Assembly: GCA_963835575.1 (NCBI GenBank)
Contig: CAWIGG010000004.1
Coordinates: 448,001-512,000 of the forward strand
Reading direction: 5' to 3'
Length of the DNA stretch: 64,000 bases
DNA from: an uncultured Spirochaetota bacterium
GTDB taxonomy: Bacteria > Spirochaetota > Brevinematia > Brevinematales > JAOACQ01
This document shows positions 54,920 to 64,000 of this stretch, piece after piece. Each line of letters begins with the position of its first letter. Position 1 is the stretch's first letter. The notes below the pieces were generated by a model, which saw only the letters and a list, made by a program, of their open reading frames with translations, was not told the origin of the DNA and did no database searches. The position numbers and the translations under genes were made by a program.

Positions 54920-55068
54920 GCGGCGCTCCTCTCTTTGAGTTTACCTCAATTTCGCTTTTATTCCGCGCTATATATATTATCTACATTTTTTAAAAAAAAG
55001 TTAATAAATACAGTATAAACAACATTGGTCAAAAAAGCTTATAATACTGCAAAAAAGGCATATTTTAT

Positions 55069-55260
55069 TATAGGGCAATTCCAAAAACCTGTGTTTTTGG
55101 ATCAGCTGCTTTTGTGCTGAGACTTACAGTCCCTCACCATTTTGTGAGATTCACCGGTGCAGCCAGACAAAATGGTGAGGGACTGTGTCTTTTTCCTTAA
55201 CTTAAAGCTTTATATTACCGGGGAAGTTCCAAAAACCTGTGTTTTTGGAACTTCCCTTAA
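55069..55260. repeat. MITE-like three-hairpin element, copy 3
   Basis: TCCAAAAACCTGTGTTTTTGGA hairpin at both ends, and a central perfect 20-bp stem ACAGTCCCTCACCATTTTGT (55126-55145 / 55167-55186). Confidence 0.8.
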
Positions 55261-55338
55261 TTATTTTAAGCATACTTTTGGAAAATATTCATAATATAAT
55301 ATACCATGTTTATAGAAACTTTATAGGGAGGCTTAAAA

Positions 55339-56565
55339 ATGACTGTAAAACCTTTCCGCGGAATACGGCCGGATAAAAAGTATGTCAGTTTATTGAATGT
55401 ACCGCCTTATGATGTTGTGAGTCTTGAAGATGTCAAAAAGGCCGTTCAAGATAATCCCTATTCGTTTTTCCATATTACGCGGGCTGAAGCTGATTTGACG
55501 GATCTGGCCGACGAATACGCGCCTGAAGTTTATCAAAAAGCCAGGGATAGTTTTGAGTCATTTTTAAGTAAAAAAATATTGATTAAAGACGAAAAGCCGT
55601 CTTTTTATATTCTTTCCCAGACATGGAAGGGAAGGACCCAGATAGGCCTTTATACTTCGGTTTCATGTCAGGAATATGAGAATAATCAGATTATAAAACA
55701 TGAGCTGACCCGTAAAGATAAAGAACAGGACAGGACTAAACATATAGAGACTGTCAAAGCGGACACAGGCCCTGTTTTTTTGTTCTTTGAGGATAATGGA
55801 GAATTTATTAATTTAATCAAACCTTTGCTGGAAAAAAACCCGTTTTATAATCTCATAGACGAAAACGAAGTGGAGAATAAACTCTGGCTCATTCAGGAAA
55901 ATCATGATATCAGCGCTTTAGAGGAATATTTTCAGAAGAAGAACGCGTTTTATATTGCTGACGGGCATCACCGCGCGGCCTCGGCGGTCAATGTGTGGAA
56001 GAATTTAAAAAATAATGGTGTTAATGATAATGACGCGTATCAATATTTTATGGCCGTTGTTTTTCCCGCTTCGCAGCTGAAAATTCTACCGTATAACAGA
56101 GCCGTGCTGGATTTGAACGGGCTTTCCGTTGATCAATTCGTATCAAAGCTCAAAGAAAATTTCAGCGTCCGCCCTGCTTCTTCATTAAAGACTGAAAAAA
56201 AGGGCGTTATCGGTATGTATATCAAAAAATCATTTTATCAATTGACATTGAAAAAGGATCTGATTCCCTTTGATCCTCTGGAGTCGCTGGATGTCTCGGT
56301 CCTTCAAAAAAATGTGCTTTCCCAAATTCTCGGGATTGATGACCCTAGGACTTCAAAAAGAATACAATTTGTCGGCGGCATTAAAGGCGAGGATGAATTG
56401 GTCCGGATTGTGAACAGCAGGAAAGCTAAAGCGGCCTTTTCCCTTTTCCCGGTTGATATCAATGACGTGGTTAAAATCACGCAGAATCATCAGATTATGC
56501 CGCCGAAGTCCACATGGTTCGAACCGAAGCTCCGCGACGGCCTAGTGGTTTATTCAATTGAATGA
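55339..56565 (+). CDS. DUF1015 family protein
   Basis: PPYDVV, IKHELT, YIADGHHRAASA, MPPKSTWFEPKLRDG. Confidence 0.9.
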   Translation: MTVKPFRGIRPDKKYVSLLNVPPYDVVSLEDVKKAVQDNPYSFFHITRAEADLTDLADEYAPEVYQKARDSFESFLSKKILIKDEKPSFYILSQTWKGRTQIGLYTSVSCQEYENNQIIKHELTRKDKEQDRTKHIETVKADTGPVFLFFEDNGEFINLIKPLLEKNPFYNLIDENEVENKLWLIQENHDISALEEYFQKKNAFYIADGHHRAASAVNVWKNLKNNGVNDNDAYQYFMAVVFPASQLKILPYNRAVLDLNGLSVDQFVSKLKENFSVRPASSLKTEKKGVIGMYIKKSFYQLTLKKDLIPFDPLESLDVSVLQKNVLSQILGIDDPRTSKRIQFVGGIKGEDELVRIVNSRKAKAAFSLFPVDINDVVKITQNHQIMPPKSTWFEPKLRDGLVVYSIE

Positions 56566-56574
56566 AAGATCAAG

Positions 56575-56639
56575 GCCTCACCCCGCCTCGCAAAGCTCGG
56601 CACCCCTCTCCAAATTTGGAGAGGGGACGGGGGAGAGGC
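56575..56639. repeat. REP-like palindromic element between convergent genes
   Basis: GCCTCACCCC...CCCCTCTCCAAATTTGGAGAGGGG...GGGGAGAGGC, with a perfect 24-bp palindrome at 56603-56626. Confidence 0.75.
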
Positions 56640-56652
56640 ACCGCCTTCTATT

Positions 56653-58446
56653 TTATTCAGAAAGTCTTTTTTCCAGCGCTTTCAATTCTTCGCTCAATTC
56701 CTCCGGAAGTCTGTCCCCGAAGCGTGAAAAATGCTCCTTGATGCCGGGGATTTCATTCATCCATTCTTCCTTATTGACCGAAAGCAGGGTTTCAAGGTCC
56801 TGTTCCAGTATTTTTAATCCGGTTAAGTCCAGAGCGTCTTCAGAAGGGACATAACCGATGGCTGTCTTTTCGGCTTTTCCCCTGCCGGAAATCCTTTCCA
56901 CAACCCATTTGAGGACGCGGCTGTTTTCGCCGTAACCGGGCCAGAGCCATTTCCCGTCTTTATTTTTTCTAAACCAGTTCACTGTAAATATTTTGGGAAG
57001 CTTGCCGGCGGACGATTTCTTTCCCGTTTCGATCCAGTGCTTGAAATAATCTCCCATATGATAGCCGCAGAACGGCAGCATGGCGAAAGGGTCTCTCCTG
57101 AGCTGGCCGACAGCGCCGGCCGCCGCCGCTGTTGTTTCGCTGCCCATGATGGAGCCCAGGAATACGCCATGGTTCCAGCTGAAAGATTCATGGATAAGGG
57201 GTACTACAGATGAGCGCCTGCCGCCGAAAAGAAAAGCCGAGATAGGAACGCCCTTGGGGTTTTCCCACTGCGGATCGATGACGGGGCATTGCGACGCGGG
57301 AGCGGTAAACCGCGCGTTCGGATGGGCCGCTTTTTTATCGCTTGACGGCGACCATTCATTTCCGTTCCAGTCGATCAGACTGGAAGGTTTTTCATCCGTC
57401 ATTTCCTCCCACCAGACGTCGCCGTCCGGAGTGAGGGCTGTATTTGTAAATATTGAATTTTTGGTCATAGTCAGCATAGCATTCGGATTGGATTTCATGG
57501 ATGTGCCGGGGGCGACGCCGAAAAATCCCGCTTCCGGATTGATCGCGTACAAGCGGCCGTCCTGGCCGAATTTCATCCAGGCGATGTCGTCGCCGACGCA
57601 CTCCACTTTCCAGCCGGGAATAGTCGGTATCATCATCGCCAGATTGGTCTTGCCGCATGCACTGGGGAAAGCCGCGGCGATATATTTCTTTTCACCGTGA
57701 GGCGGTGTAATTCCAAGAATGAGCATATGCTCGGCAAGCCATCCGCCCTGCTTTGCCATAACCGAGGCGATCCTGAGGGCAAAGCATTTTTTACCCAGGA
57801 GAGCGTTGCCGCCGTATCCCGAGCCGTAGGACCAGATCGCTTTTTCCTCAGGGAAATGAACAATGTATTTATTATTCGGGTCGCAGGGCCACGGGACGTC
57901 TTTTTCGCCGGGCTTCAGCGGCATTCCGATGGAATGAAGGCAGGGCACGAATTCGCCGTCTCCAAGTACATCAAGGACCTTTGTCCCGGTCCTTGTCATA
58001 ATCCGCATATTGCAGACGACATAAGCGGAATCGGTGATCTCAATGCCGATATGCGATATCGGCGAGCCGACCGGGCCCATGCTGTAAGGGATGACATACA
58101 TCATCCTTCCCTTCATACAGCCTCTATAAAGATTTTTCATGATCTCTTTCATTTCCGCCGGGTCTTTCCAGTTGTTTGTCGGGCCGGCGTCAGCCTGATT
58201 TTTAGAGCAGATGAACGTCCTGTCCTCGACGCGGGCGACATCGCCGACATCCGACTTCGCGTAATAGCTGTCCGGCCTTTTTTTCCCGTTTAACTTTATA
58301 AAAGTACCGCTCTTAACCAGTTCTCCGGCAAGTTTGTCATATTCCTTCCGGGACCCGTCGCACCAGTGAATTTTATCCGGCTGGCAGAGACCGGCGATCT
58401 CTTTGACCCATTGCAGCAGTTTTTTGTTTTTTGTAGGATTAGACAT
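56653..58446 (-). CDS. pckG: Phosphoenolpyruvate carboxykinase (GTP)
   Basis: [44 protein letters not shown]. Confidence 0.97.
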   Translation of the reverse strand: MSNPTKNKKLLQWVKEIAGLCQPDKIHWCDGSRKEYDKLAGELVKSGTFIKLNGKKRPDSYYAKSDVGDVARVEDRTFICSKNQADAGPTNNWKDPAEMKEIMKNLYRGCMKGRMMYVIPYSMGPVGSPISHIGIEITDSAYVVCNMRIMTRTGTKVLDVLGDGEFVPCLHSIGMPLKPGEKDVPWPCDPNNKYIVHFPEEKAIWSYGSGYGGNALLGKKCFALRIASVMAKQGGWLAEHMLILGITPPHGEKKYIAAAFPSACGKTNLAMMIPTIPGWKVECVGDDIAWMKFGQDGRLYAINPEAGFFGVAPGTSMKSNPNAMLTMTKNSIFTNTALTPDGDVWWEEMTDEKPSSLIDWNGNEWSPSSDKKAAHPNARFTAPASQCPVIDPQWENPKGVPISAFLFGGRRSSVVPLIHESFSWNHGVFLGSIMGSETTAAAAGAVGQLRRDPFAMLPFCGYHMGDYFKHWIETGKKSSAGKLPKIFTVNWFRKNKDGKWLWPGYGENSRVLKWVVERISGRGKAEKTAIGYVPSEDALDLTGLKILEQDLETLLSVNKEEWMNEIPGIKEHFSRFGDRLPEELSEELKALEKRLSE

Positions 58447-58555
58447 TTTCTTCTCCTTAATTATTAATCTTCCTGTAAAAAATTAAGCCCGCCTGATTTT
58501 GAAGCCATGGATTATAACATCAATTTTCAGGGTTGGCAATAATAGAATATTTTTT

Positions 58556-59878
58556 TTAAAAATTAAATTCAAGGTTCCCGAGTCTGACAGACGCCGAGAT
58601 TTCAACCGGACTGCCGGGACCGCCCTCATATATATATTCATGGCCTTTAAGCTTGAATTCATCGGGCAGCGTAATATTCGCGAGGGAGGAATCCATCCTG
58701 ATTATGATGCGGGCATTTCTCGGAAGACTGATCCGCGTATTGCCCAGATAGTTTTCGACGGTCATTTTTTTTAATTTATCGCCGGTTTCAATATTGACCG
58801 ATCCGCCGTTAACAATGACTTTTAGTTTCTCAATATTCATGTTTTTAAGGTTGCCTTCTATATTTCCCGCCGAAGCCTGAATGATGAGGTCCTTCAATTT
58901 ACCGCGGTTAATTCTTAAAACAGTATCGGAAGCCTGATTATCGAAGGAAAAAGAAAATAACCCGCTGACGGTATTTGTCTGGATAATCGGCGGGATCCCG
59001 GTCCCCTCATATTGTATAAAGTCACCGGAGTCTTCTATTTTTAAATTGCCTAAAGAATTATCAATCGTGCAGTTAATAGATTGCACGGAATCCGGCGCGG
59101 CGATATTTTCAGAAAAGCTTTCATTGCGGAAACGCCAGTTTTTCCAGTTAAAATGCCGGAAGCGGGGCATCACCCGGTCCATCATTCTGCCCATAAAGCT
59201 GACCGGCGAATAATTGCCGTTTAAGTATGAAAACACACCGACAAAAAGAAATATAGAGGAGCAGATAATAAGGGCCGGCCATTTATTTTTAATGTTTTTA
59301 AAGACCAGCGAAATACCGAGGACGATCAGGACCCCGGCGACGAGATTTTTTGAATATTCGATAAACACTCCTTCCCCGATCAGCGTCAGCCGGTTTAAAA
59401 TAATAAAGACGCCGTAGCTTAAACAGATAAATCCGGCGCTTGCCTGGAACAGCGATATTTCTTTATCAGCATACATATTTATTGTCAGTCTGACGGCGAT
59501 GAAGATCAGGAAGAACGCGATCAGAAAAGCGAGCACATCCATTAAATGAAATACATAACCTGGAAATAGAATAACGAAGCCCAGGAATATCAGGAACAGG
59601 GCCAGTATCAATGATAAAACAAAGGATGGAGCGCCTTTTTTGTCTTTTGGCGGGGTTTCAGTATTCTCCTTAATTACAGCCGTATCAGCAGGAAGTATGA
59701 TCCAGAGAATGATATAAATAACGGGAAGGAAGGGGATTGTAAAAGGGAAAAACGGGAAAAAAGCCAGTACAAGAAAGATCCTGATGATGACGGGATCGAT
59801 GTTGAAATACTCGCCCAGCCCTCCGCACACCCCGCCCAGCGCCTTGTTTTTTGTCGACCGGTATAATTTCTTTTCCAT
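58556..59878 (-). CDS. PspC-domain membrane protein with C-terminal beta-repeat (adhesin/LiaG-like) domain
   Basis: KKLYRS..NKALGGVCGGLGEYFNIDPVIIR, multiple TM helices, C-terminal G-x-I/L beta repeats. Confidence 0.8.
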   Translation of the reverse strand: MEKKLYRSTKNKALGGVCGGLGEYFNIDPVIIRIFLVLAFFPFFPFTIPFLPVIYIILWIILPADTAVIKENTETPPKDKKGAPSFVLSLILALFLIFLGFVILFPGYVFHLMDVLAFLIAFFLIFIAVRLTINMYADKEISLFQASAGFICLSYGVFIILNRLTLIGEGVFIEYSKNLVAGVLIVLGISLVFKNIKNKWPALIICSSIFLFVGVFSYLNGNYSPVSFMGRMMDRVMPRFRHFNWKNWRFRNESFSENIAAPDSVQSINCTIDNSLGNLKIEDSGDFIQYEGTGIPPIIQTNTVSGLFSFSFDNQASDTVLRINRGKLKDLIIQASAGNIEGNLKNMNIEKLKVIVNGGSVNIETGDKLKKMTVENYLGNTRISLPRNARIIIRMDSSLANITLPDEFKLKGHEYIYEGGPGSPVEISASVRLGNLEFNF

Positions 59879-59944
59879 AGATAATTCCCCCTACCTTTTT
59901 TATAATATCCGATTCAGCACAGGATGTGAAAAGCTAGAAATTTC

Positions 59945-60076
59945 ACCACGAAGACCACGAAGAGCACGAAGAAAATAAAGGGTCGGTCAGAATTCGTTAT
60001 TAATTGTCCATTTTTAAACTAACATAAACGAAAGTAAAAATTAATAAAACTTCGTGTTCTTCGCGAACTTCGTGGT
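59945..60076. repeat. CACGAAG-type periodic inverted-repeat pair
   Basis: ACCACGAAGACCACGAAGAGCACGAAG ... CTTCGTGTTCTTCGCGAACTTCGTGGT. Confidence 0.85.
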
Positions 60077-60167
60077 TAATAAAAAAGTTTTTACAAAGTC
60101 TGCAAGCTCGCTACAAGTCGCAAGTTTGCGTGAAACATCGGATCAATAACAAATCTTTTTTATTTAA

Positions 60168-60449
60168 TTAAACCGCGGGCGCTTCCATGATCAATTTTAT
60201 CTTTTCCGAGACTTCATGGCCGCCGGGTGTGCATTTATTAGTGGGCTTATGTTCCATAACTATAGCTGTCGCGTAATTAATACAGCCGGGGTAGCCGCAG
60301 ATGCCGCAGTTGTAGGCCGGCAGGACTTCCTGGACCCGCGCGACCCGCGGGTCTGTTTTGACCTCGAAAAACTTCGCGAAAAGGGCGATCATGATGCCGA
60401 AGAGGAGGCTCATGGCGAGCATAAGGGCGGCGGAATAAAGGACAACCAT
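60168..60449 (-). CDS. Short RnfB-like Fe-S protein (TM plus N-terminal Fe-S domain only)
   Basis: DPRV...LPAYNCGICGYPGC...KCTPGG. Confidence 0.8.
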   Translation of the reverse strand: MVVLYSAALMLAMSLLFGIMIALFAKFFEVKTDPRVARVQEVLPAYNCGICGYPGCINYATAIVMEHKPTNKCTPGGHEVSEKIKLIMEAPAV

Positions 60450-60553
60450 TTTTTTCTCCAGATATATCTTGGGATAATTTTAAACAGAGGGGATTATTTA
60501 TTCAAATTTTGGAAATGAATGGGATTTGCCTTTGTTGTATGGACCCGATTCTG

Positions 60554-60591
60554 CACGCGGATGACACGGATTGGGCGGATTTTCGCGGATT
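60554..60591. repeat. Unpaired CGGATT-type periodic repeat arm
   Basis: CACGCGGATGACACGGATTGGGCGGATTTTCGCGGATT, same family and orientation as the left arm at 18133. Confidence 0.7.
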
Positions 60592-60666
60592 AGCGGTTGA
60601 GGGAGCATATTTTTAAATTATTTATATTTATATGAATAACAGCATTTGAAAAATTTAAAGTTATTA

Positions 60667-61812
60667 TCACTTACGAAGTTTTTCGGCTTCTTTCTGAATT
60701 TTTATTAGTTTTTCTTTTTCCTTTTCTGTCAAATGTGAAGGAAAGTAGTTTAAAAGCTCTTTTGTTAAATCACTCAGAAAAACAATTTCAGAATTTTTAT
60801 TATTTGGTTTCTTAAGTAATTTAAGAAGTAATTCTATTAATAATATTTTAGCATATATAAATTCAGGATATTTGACTAGTATTTTTTTAAGTTTTTCAAT
60901 AGCCAATGTTAAATCATTATTTGAATCGTATTCGATTGCCTGTATAAATTCAACTATTGGATCATCTATTTCAAGATATCTAAACAATTCTTTCTTAAAT
61001 TCAGCTTCATGAAACTCTTTATTTGAGATGCCTTTTGATTGTTTAAAAAGTTGGTATAAGAAAGACAAATGATATGATTTAAACCAGTATTCATTTATTA
61101 TATTATAGTTGCTAAGATGATTTTTATCTGTAATAAATTTTATCCATTCTTCATTTAGAAGTTCACGTATTGGTTCCTCATCAATAAAAGCACTCTTGAC
61201 TTCATATACTTCAATAGCTTTTTCTAAGCCTTTTAATTCTTGCCTACTTTTTTCAAAAATAATGGGTTTTTGAGCGAGAAGTATTTCGTAAATTACACTC
61301 GAAACGAATATATTTGAATATTTCCCCTCTCTTGAACAAGTCTCTATTCTTTTAGCATAATTAATATTATAGCCTATATATTTATCTATCTCAGATATTA
61401 TTTTCCCTCCTTTTTCTTTTGGTTTGTATGTATATGTTACAATGCCATAGTGAATACCAACTGCTAATCGAAGGCCGTATGGCATAAGATTATCTTGAGT
61501 TTTATTTAAGATTTTATAAGGAAGAAATTTTATCAATGTTTTAAACTCAAAAGCAAATGAAATTGCTTTATAAGCCGCAGTTTTGGAGTCAAATACCCAT
61601 TTGGGAATGAAAACAAAACCTTCATCACCTGCGGTTCTAATAAAACTTTCTGATCCAAAATATTTTGTTGCTAATTTTTCAAAACTATCCTGAAACGATA
61701 ATATCCATTTTGCATACTCCGTTGGTTCAATGAAAGAACTAAAAGAAGATGAATTTATCAAATCAACAAATATCATGCATGCTTCTGTTATTTGTATTGG
61801 ATTATCATGCAT
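60667..61812 (-). CDS. Class III nucleotidyl cyclase domain protein with helical/TPR-like C-terminus
   Basis: IFVDLINSS (first Asp), RTAGDE (second Asp), LAVGIHYG, IGYNINYAKRIE (Asn/Arg), IFVS, LKGL...VYEV. AT-rich. Confidence 0.85.
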   Translation of the reverse strand: MHDNPIQITEACMIFVDLINSSSFSSFIEPTEYAKWILSFQDSFEKLATKYFGSESFIRTAGDEGFVFIPKWVFDSKTAAYKAISFAFEFKTLIKFLPYKILNKTQDNLMPYGLRLAVGIHYGIVTYTYKPKEKGGKIISEIDKYIGYNINYAKRIETCSREGKYSNIFVSSVIYEILLAQKPIIFEKSRQELKGLEKAIEVYEVKSAFIDEEPIRELLNEEWIKFITDKNHLSNYNIINEYWFKSYHLSFLYQLFKQSKGISNKEFHEAEFKKELFRYLEIDDPIVEFIQAIEYDSNNDLTLAIEKLKKILVKYPEFIYAKILLIELLLKLLKKPNNKNSEIVFLSDLTKELLNYFPSHLTEKEKEKLIKIQKEAEKLRK

Positions 61813-61817
61813 TTATT

Positions 61818-63509
61818 TTAACTCCTTCTTAATATATCTTCTAAACTTGAGAAAATAATTCCAGGTTGAATAGAAGAGTCTTTCTTAAGGTATCTTCTAG
61901 TTCCCAGTAAATCAAGAATTGTTCTTAACATTTCATCTTTATCATTTGATTCTATATATGCTATTTTAGCGATCATTATAAATTCTATGAATGTTAAACG
62001 ATATTTTGCCAAGTCTTGACTTGAGAGGTTTATATAAATCTCTTCCTTATCTATATTAATACTTAAATCAGATTTTTCATGGCTTTTTAATACATAATTA
62101 ACTTGAAAACTTTTACCCATAAAAGTAGTTCTGAAAGATGAAAAAACATCGGGGGAAATCTTTATAATAAGATTCTTACTTTTAGAATCTCTCTCTCGAA
62201 TAAAATTTTTTAAAAGTGGTTTTTTTGTAATAACAATTTTAATATCTCCCTGAACATTATCCGCAAGTAACAAATCTGATTGATTTTTTTTAAGAAGATT
62301 TTCTATAATTGCATCTCTATCTTCTATGTTTGTATTAGAGAATACTTTTGATATTTTACTAAGATATTCACCTGATTCTTTTTCATCAGTTAAAATACCA
62401 GATTCAATCAAAACTTTATCAAATTTTTCAAAAACTTTACGGATATCAAAGAATGGTTCGACTAAAGCTTCAACAACTTTTTTCCCTTTTTTCCATATTT
62501 CTCTGTATTCGGTGTTTATATTACTAATAAACCCTTTTAGTTCACTATAGAAACCTAAAAAATCTTTATTATCCCAAAGATATTCATCTCTGGTAACTAC
62601 AAGCATTTTGGTCATATCTTTGTGAAATATTTCTGCGTATATCCATGTTTTCAAAGGTTCATCTACAATTTTTTTCCTTGTTCCAGGTTTTTGAAAGAAA
62701 TCAGCTGATTTAACTAGAAAATTTCTATTACGAACCCAAAAACCAGTTTCGTCTAAACGCTGATCTTCTTTTTCTTCCTCTTCTTCTTTTATATTTTTTT
62801 TGTTACGATCTTCAATATCTTGAGAAGATATTAAAAGATAACCAATAAATAAATTATCTTTTGAAATAAATAATTGAATATCAGCATCAGTAAATATAAC
62901 ATCATTAATAAATTCGGGATAATATTTGTTTAATTCTTTATAACCCGCTTCGGAGCTAATATTACCATAAAATACTCTAATATTTTTACAATATTCGAGA
63001 TTATTGAATATGTTTTCTTTAATATTCTCCAGTTTTGCTTTATCTTGAATATGATTAAAAAAAGGATCATTATAATCCGGTTTTAACGGAAGTATTTTCA
63101 TTAATTGTTTCACATATTCTTCACTACTAACCTTTTCAATTATATTATCATCAACATTCTGAAGAATGATCTCTGTAAAAGACTCTGGTAAGACACCTTG
63201 GTTATATTTCATTATTATATCATCACTTAAGGGAGATAATTCTTCTCTTGAAGACGATAAAACATCCATTGAAATGAAATCTTTTATATTATCTACTGGT
63301 TGGCTTTCAACCTTATCACTAAAGATTTGTTGAGTTTCTATTGTATAATAATTTGTTTGATCAGTATCGATTTCTTTAGAAAAGATAATGGCTTTATTTC
63401 CCATTTGAAGTACTGACATTAATCCTAAACCAAAATAGGAATTGGTTTCATCACTTTGACGGGTTTCTCCATAACCTATACTATTAAAAATATCTTTAAA
63501 TCTATCAGT
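61818..63509 (-). pseudogene. GHKL (MORC/Hsp90-like) ATPase, 5' part cut off by IS21
   Basis: Native frame resumes at TDRFKDIFNSIGYG...SYFGLGLMS (G2 box), FTEIIL (motif IV), and an S5-like region GFWVRNRNFLV...RDEY. N box and G1 box absent from the window. Confidence 0.75.
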
Positions 63510-64000
63510 TGGAAAATCCGGACGAAACATGCCGGGGTTCCGGGTGAAACATGCCACCCAATCCGTGTGAAACATGCCGGGTAATCCGGATGAAATGTTA
63601 CCACCTACCATAAGAAAAAGCGAATCAAACACGAAGAATTCCTCCGAGAATGTTAAGCTAATCCTTCTTGAAAAAATAAGAAGGAGTTGGTATGCCGAAC
63701 AGGAGGAAGCCTATGAAGAAAATCCGGGAAGTGATCCGGATGATCAAAGAAAACGGCCTGAGCTGCCGTGTGACATCAAAGGCCCTGGATATTTCCAGGC
63801 CAACCGTGCAAAGATATATATCCAGGTTTGAAAAAAGCGGCCTAACCATCGCGGAAATTTATGAAATGAGCGATTCTGCTTTAATTGAAATTTTCGAATC
63901 GATGGCAGAAGGTGACAGTCAGGAAGAAACCGAAAAGGATAATCTGTACAATGAATTCCCCGAATACAGTAAGGAACTACTGCGTACAGGCGTCAATCTG
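63510..64000 (+). mobile_element. IS21-family element, left end (partial)
   Basis: Begins TG, followed by four ~22-bp-spaced TCCG-n-GAAACATGCC-like repeats (63510-63605), then istA. Confidence 0.85.
63692..64000 (+). CDS. istA: IS21 transposase IstA, N-terminal part
   Basis: Manual translation MPNRRKPMKKIREVIRM...LDISRPTVQRYISRF...ELLRTGVNL (HTH). AGGAG RBS; runs off the window. Confidence 0.85.
   Translation, partial: MPNRRKPMKKIREVIRMIKENGLSCRVTSKALDISRPTVQRYISRFEKSGLTIAEIYEMSDSALIEIFESMAEGDSQEETEKDNLYNEFPEYSKELLRTGVNL

Noticed and set aside
60667..61812. Calling the cyclase a canonical Pycsar system
   Set aside because: No cNMP-binding TM or TIR effector is adjacent in the window, and the neighbour is a GHKL ATPase.
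63510..63605. Short regularly spaced repeats as a CRISPR array
   Set aside because: The period is only about 22 bp with no spacer-sized unique sequence. Position before istA fits IS21 transposase-binding repeats.

Overview
Bacterial chromosomal window, probably from a spirochaete (inference from the TM-TPR-Mrr gene, Thr-Asn-rich exported proteins and the style of intergenic repeats). The core is mostly housekeeping: polA, dprA, queA, aconitase, lysS, SLT transglycosylase, cdaA-cdaR, Memo, proA-nadD, murA, a TPR envelope operon, DUF1015 and pckG. Both ends are accessory and AT-rich. The left end holds a Type III Mod methyltransferase followed by a Type IIG-like RM gene that runs off the window. 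Upstream of them is a complete group II intron (4775-6799) with an atypical GTACG 5' end, inserted into the stem of a small palindrome. The right end holds a tightly coupled pair: a GHKL/MORC-like ATPase, split by an IS21 element, and a class III nucleotidyl cyclase with non-standard base-specificity residues. This pair is the best candidate for an undescribed signalling or defence system. Other notable features are an IS1182 splitting a REC-12xPAS histidine kinase, a lone integron-cassette-like orphan gene nested inside periodic inverted repeats, a 21-aa-repeat His/Glu-rich coiled-coil protein, and at least three families of palindromic intergenic repeats. No rRNA, tRNA or CRISPR array was seen.
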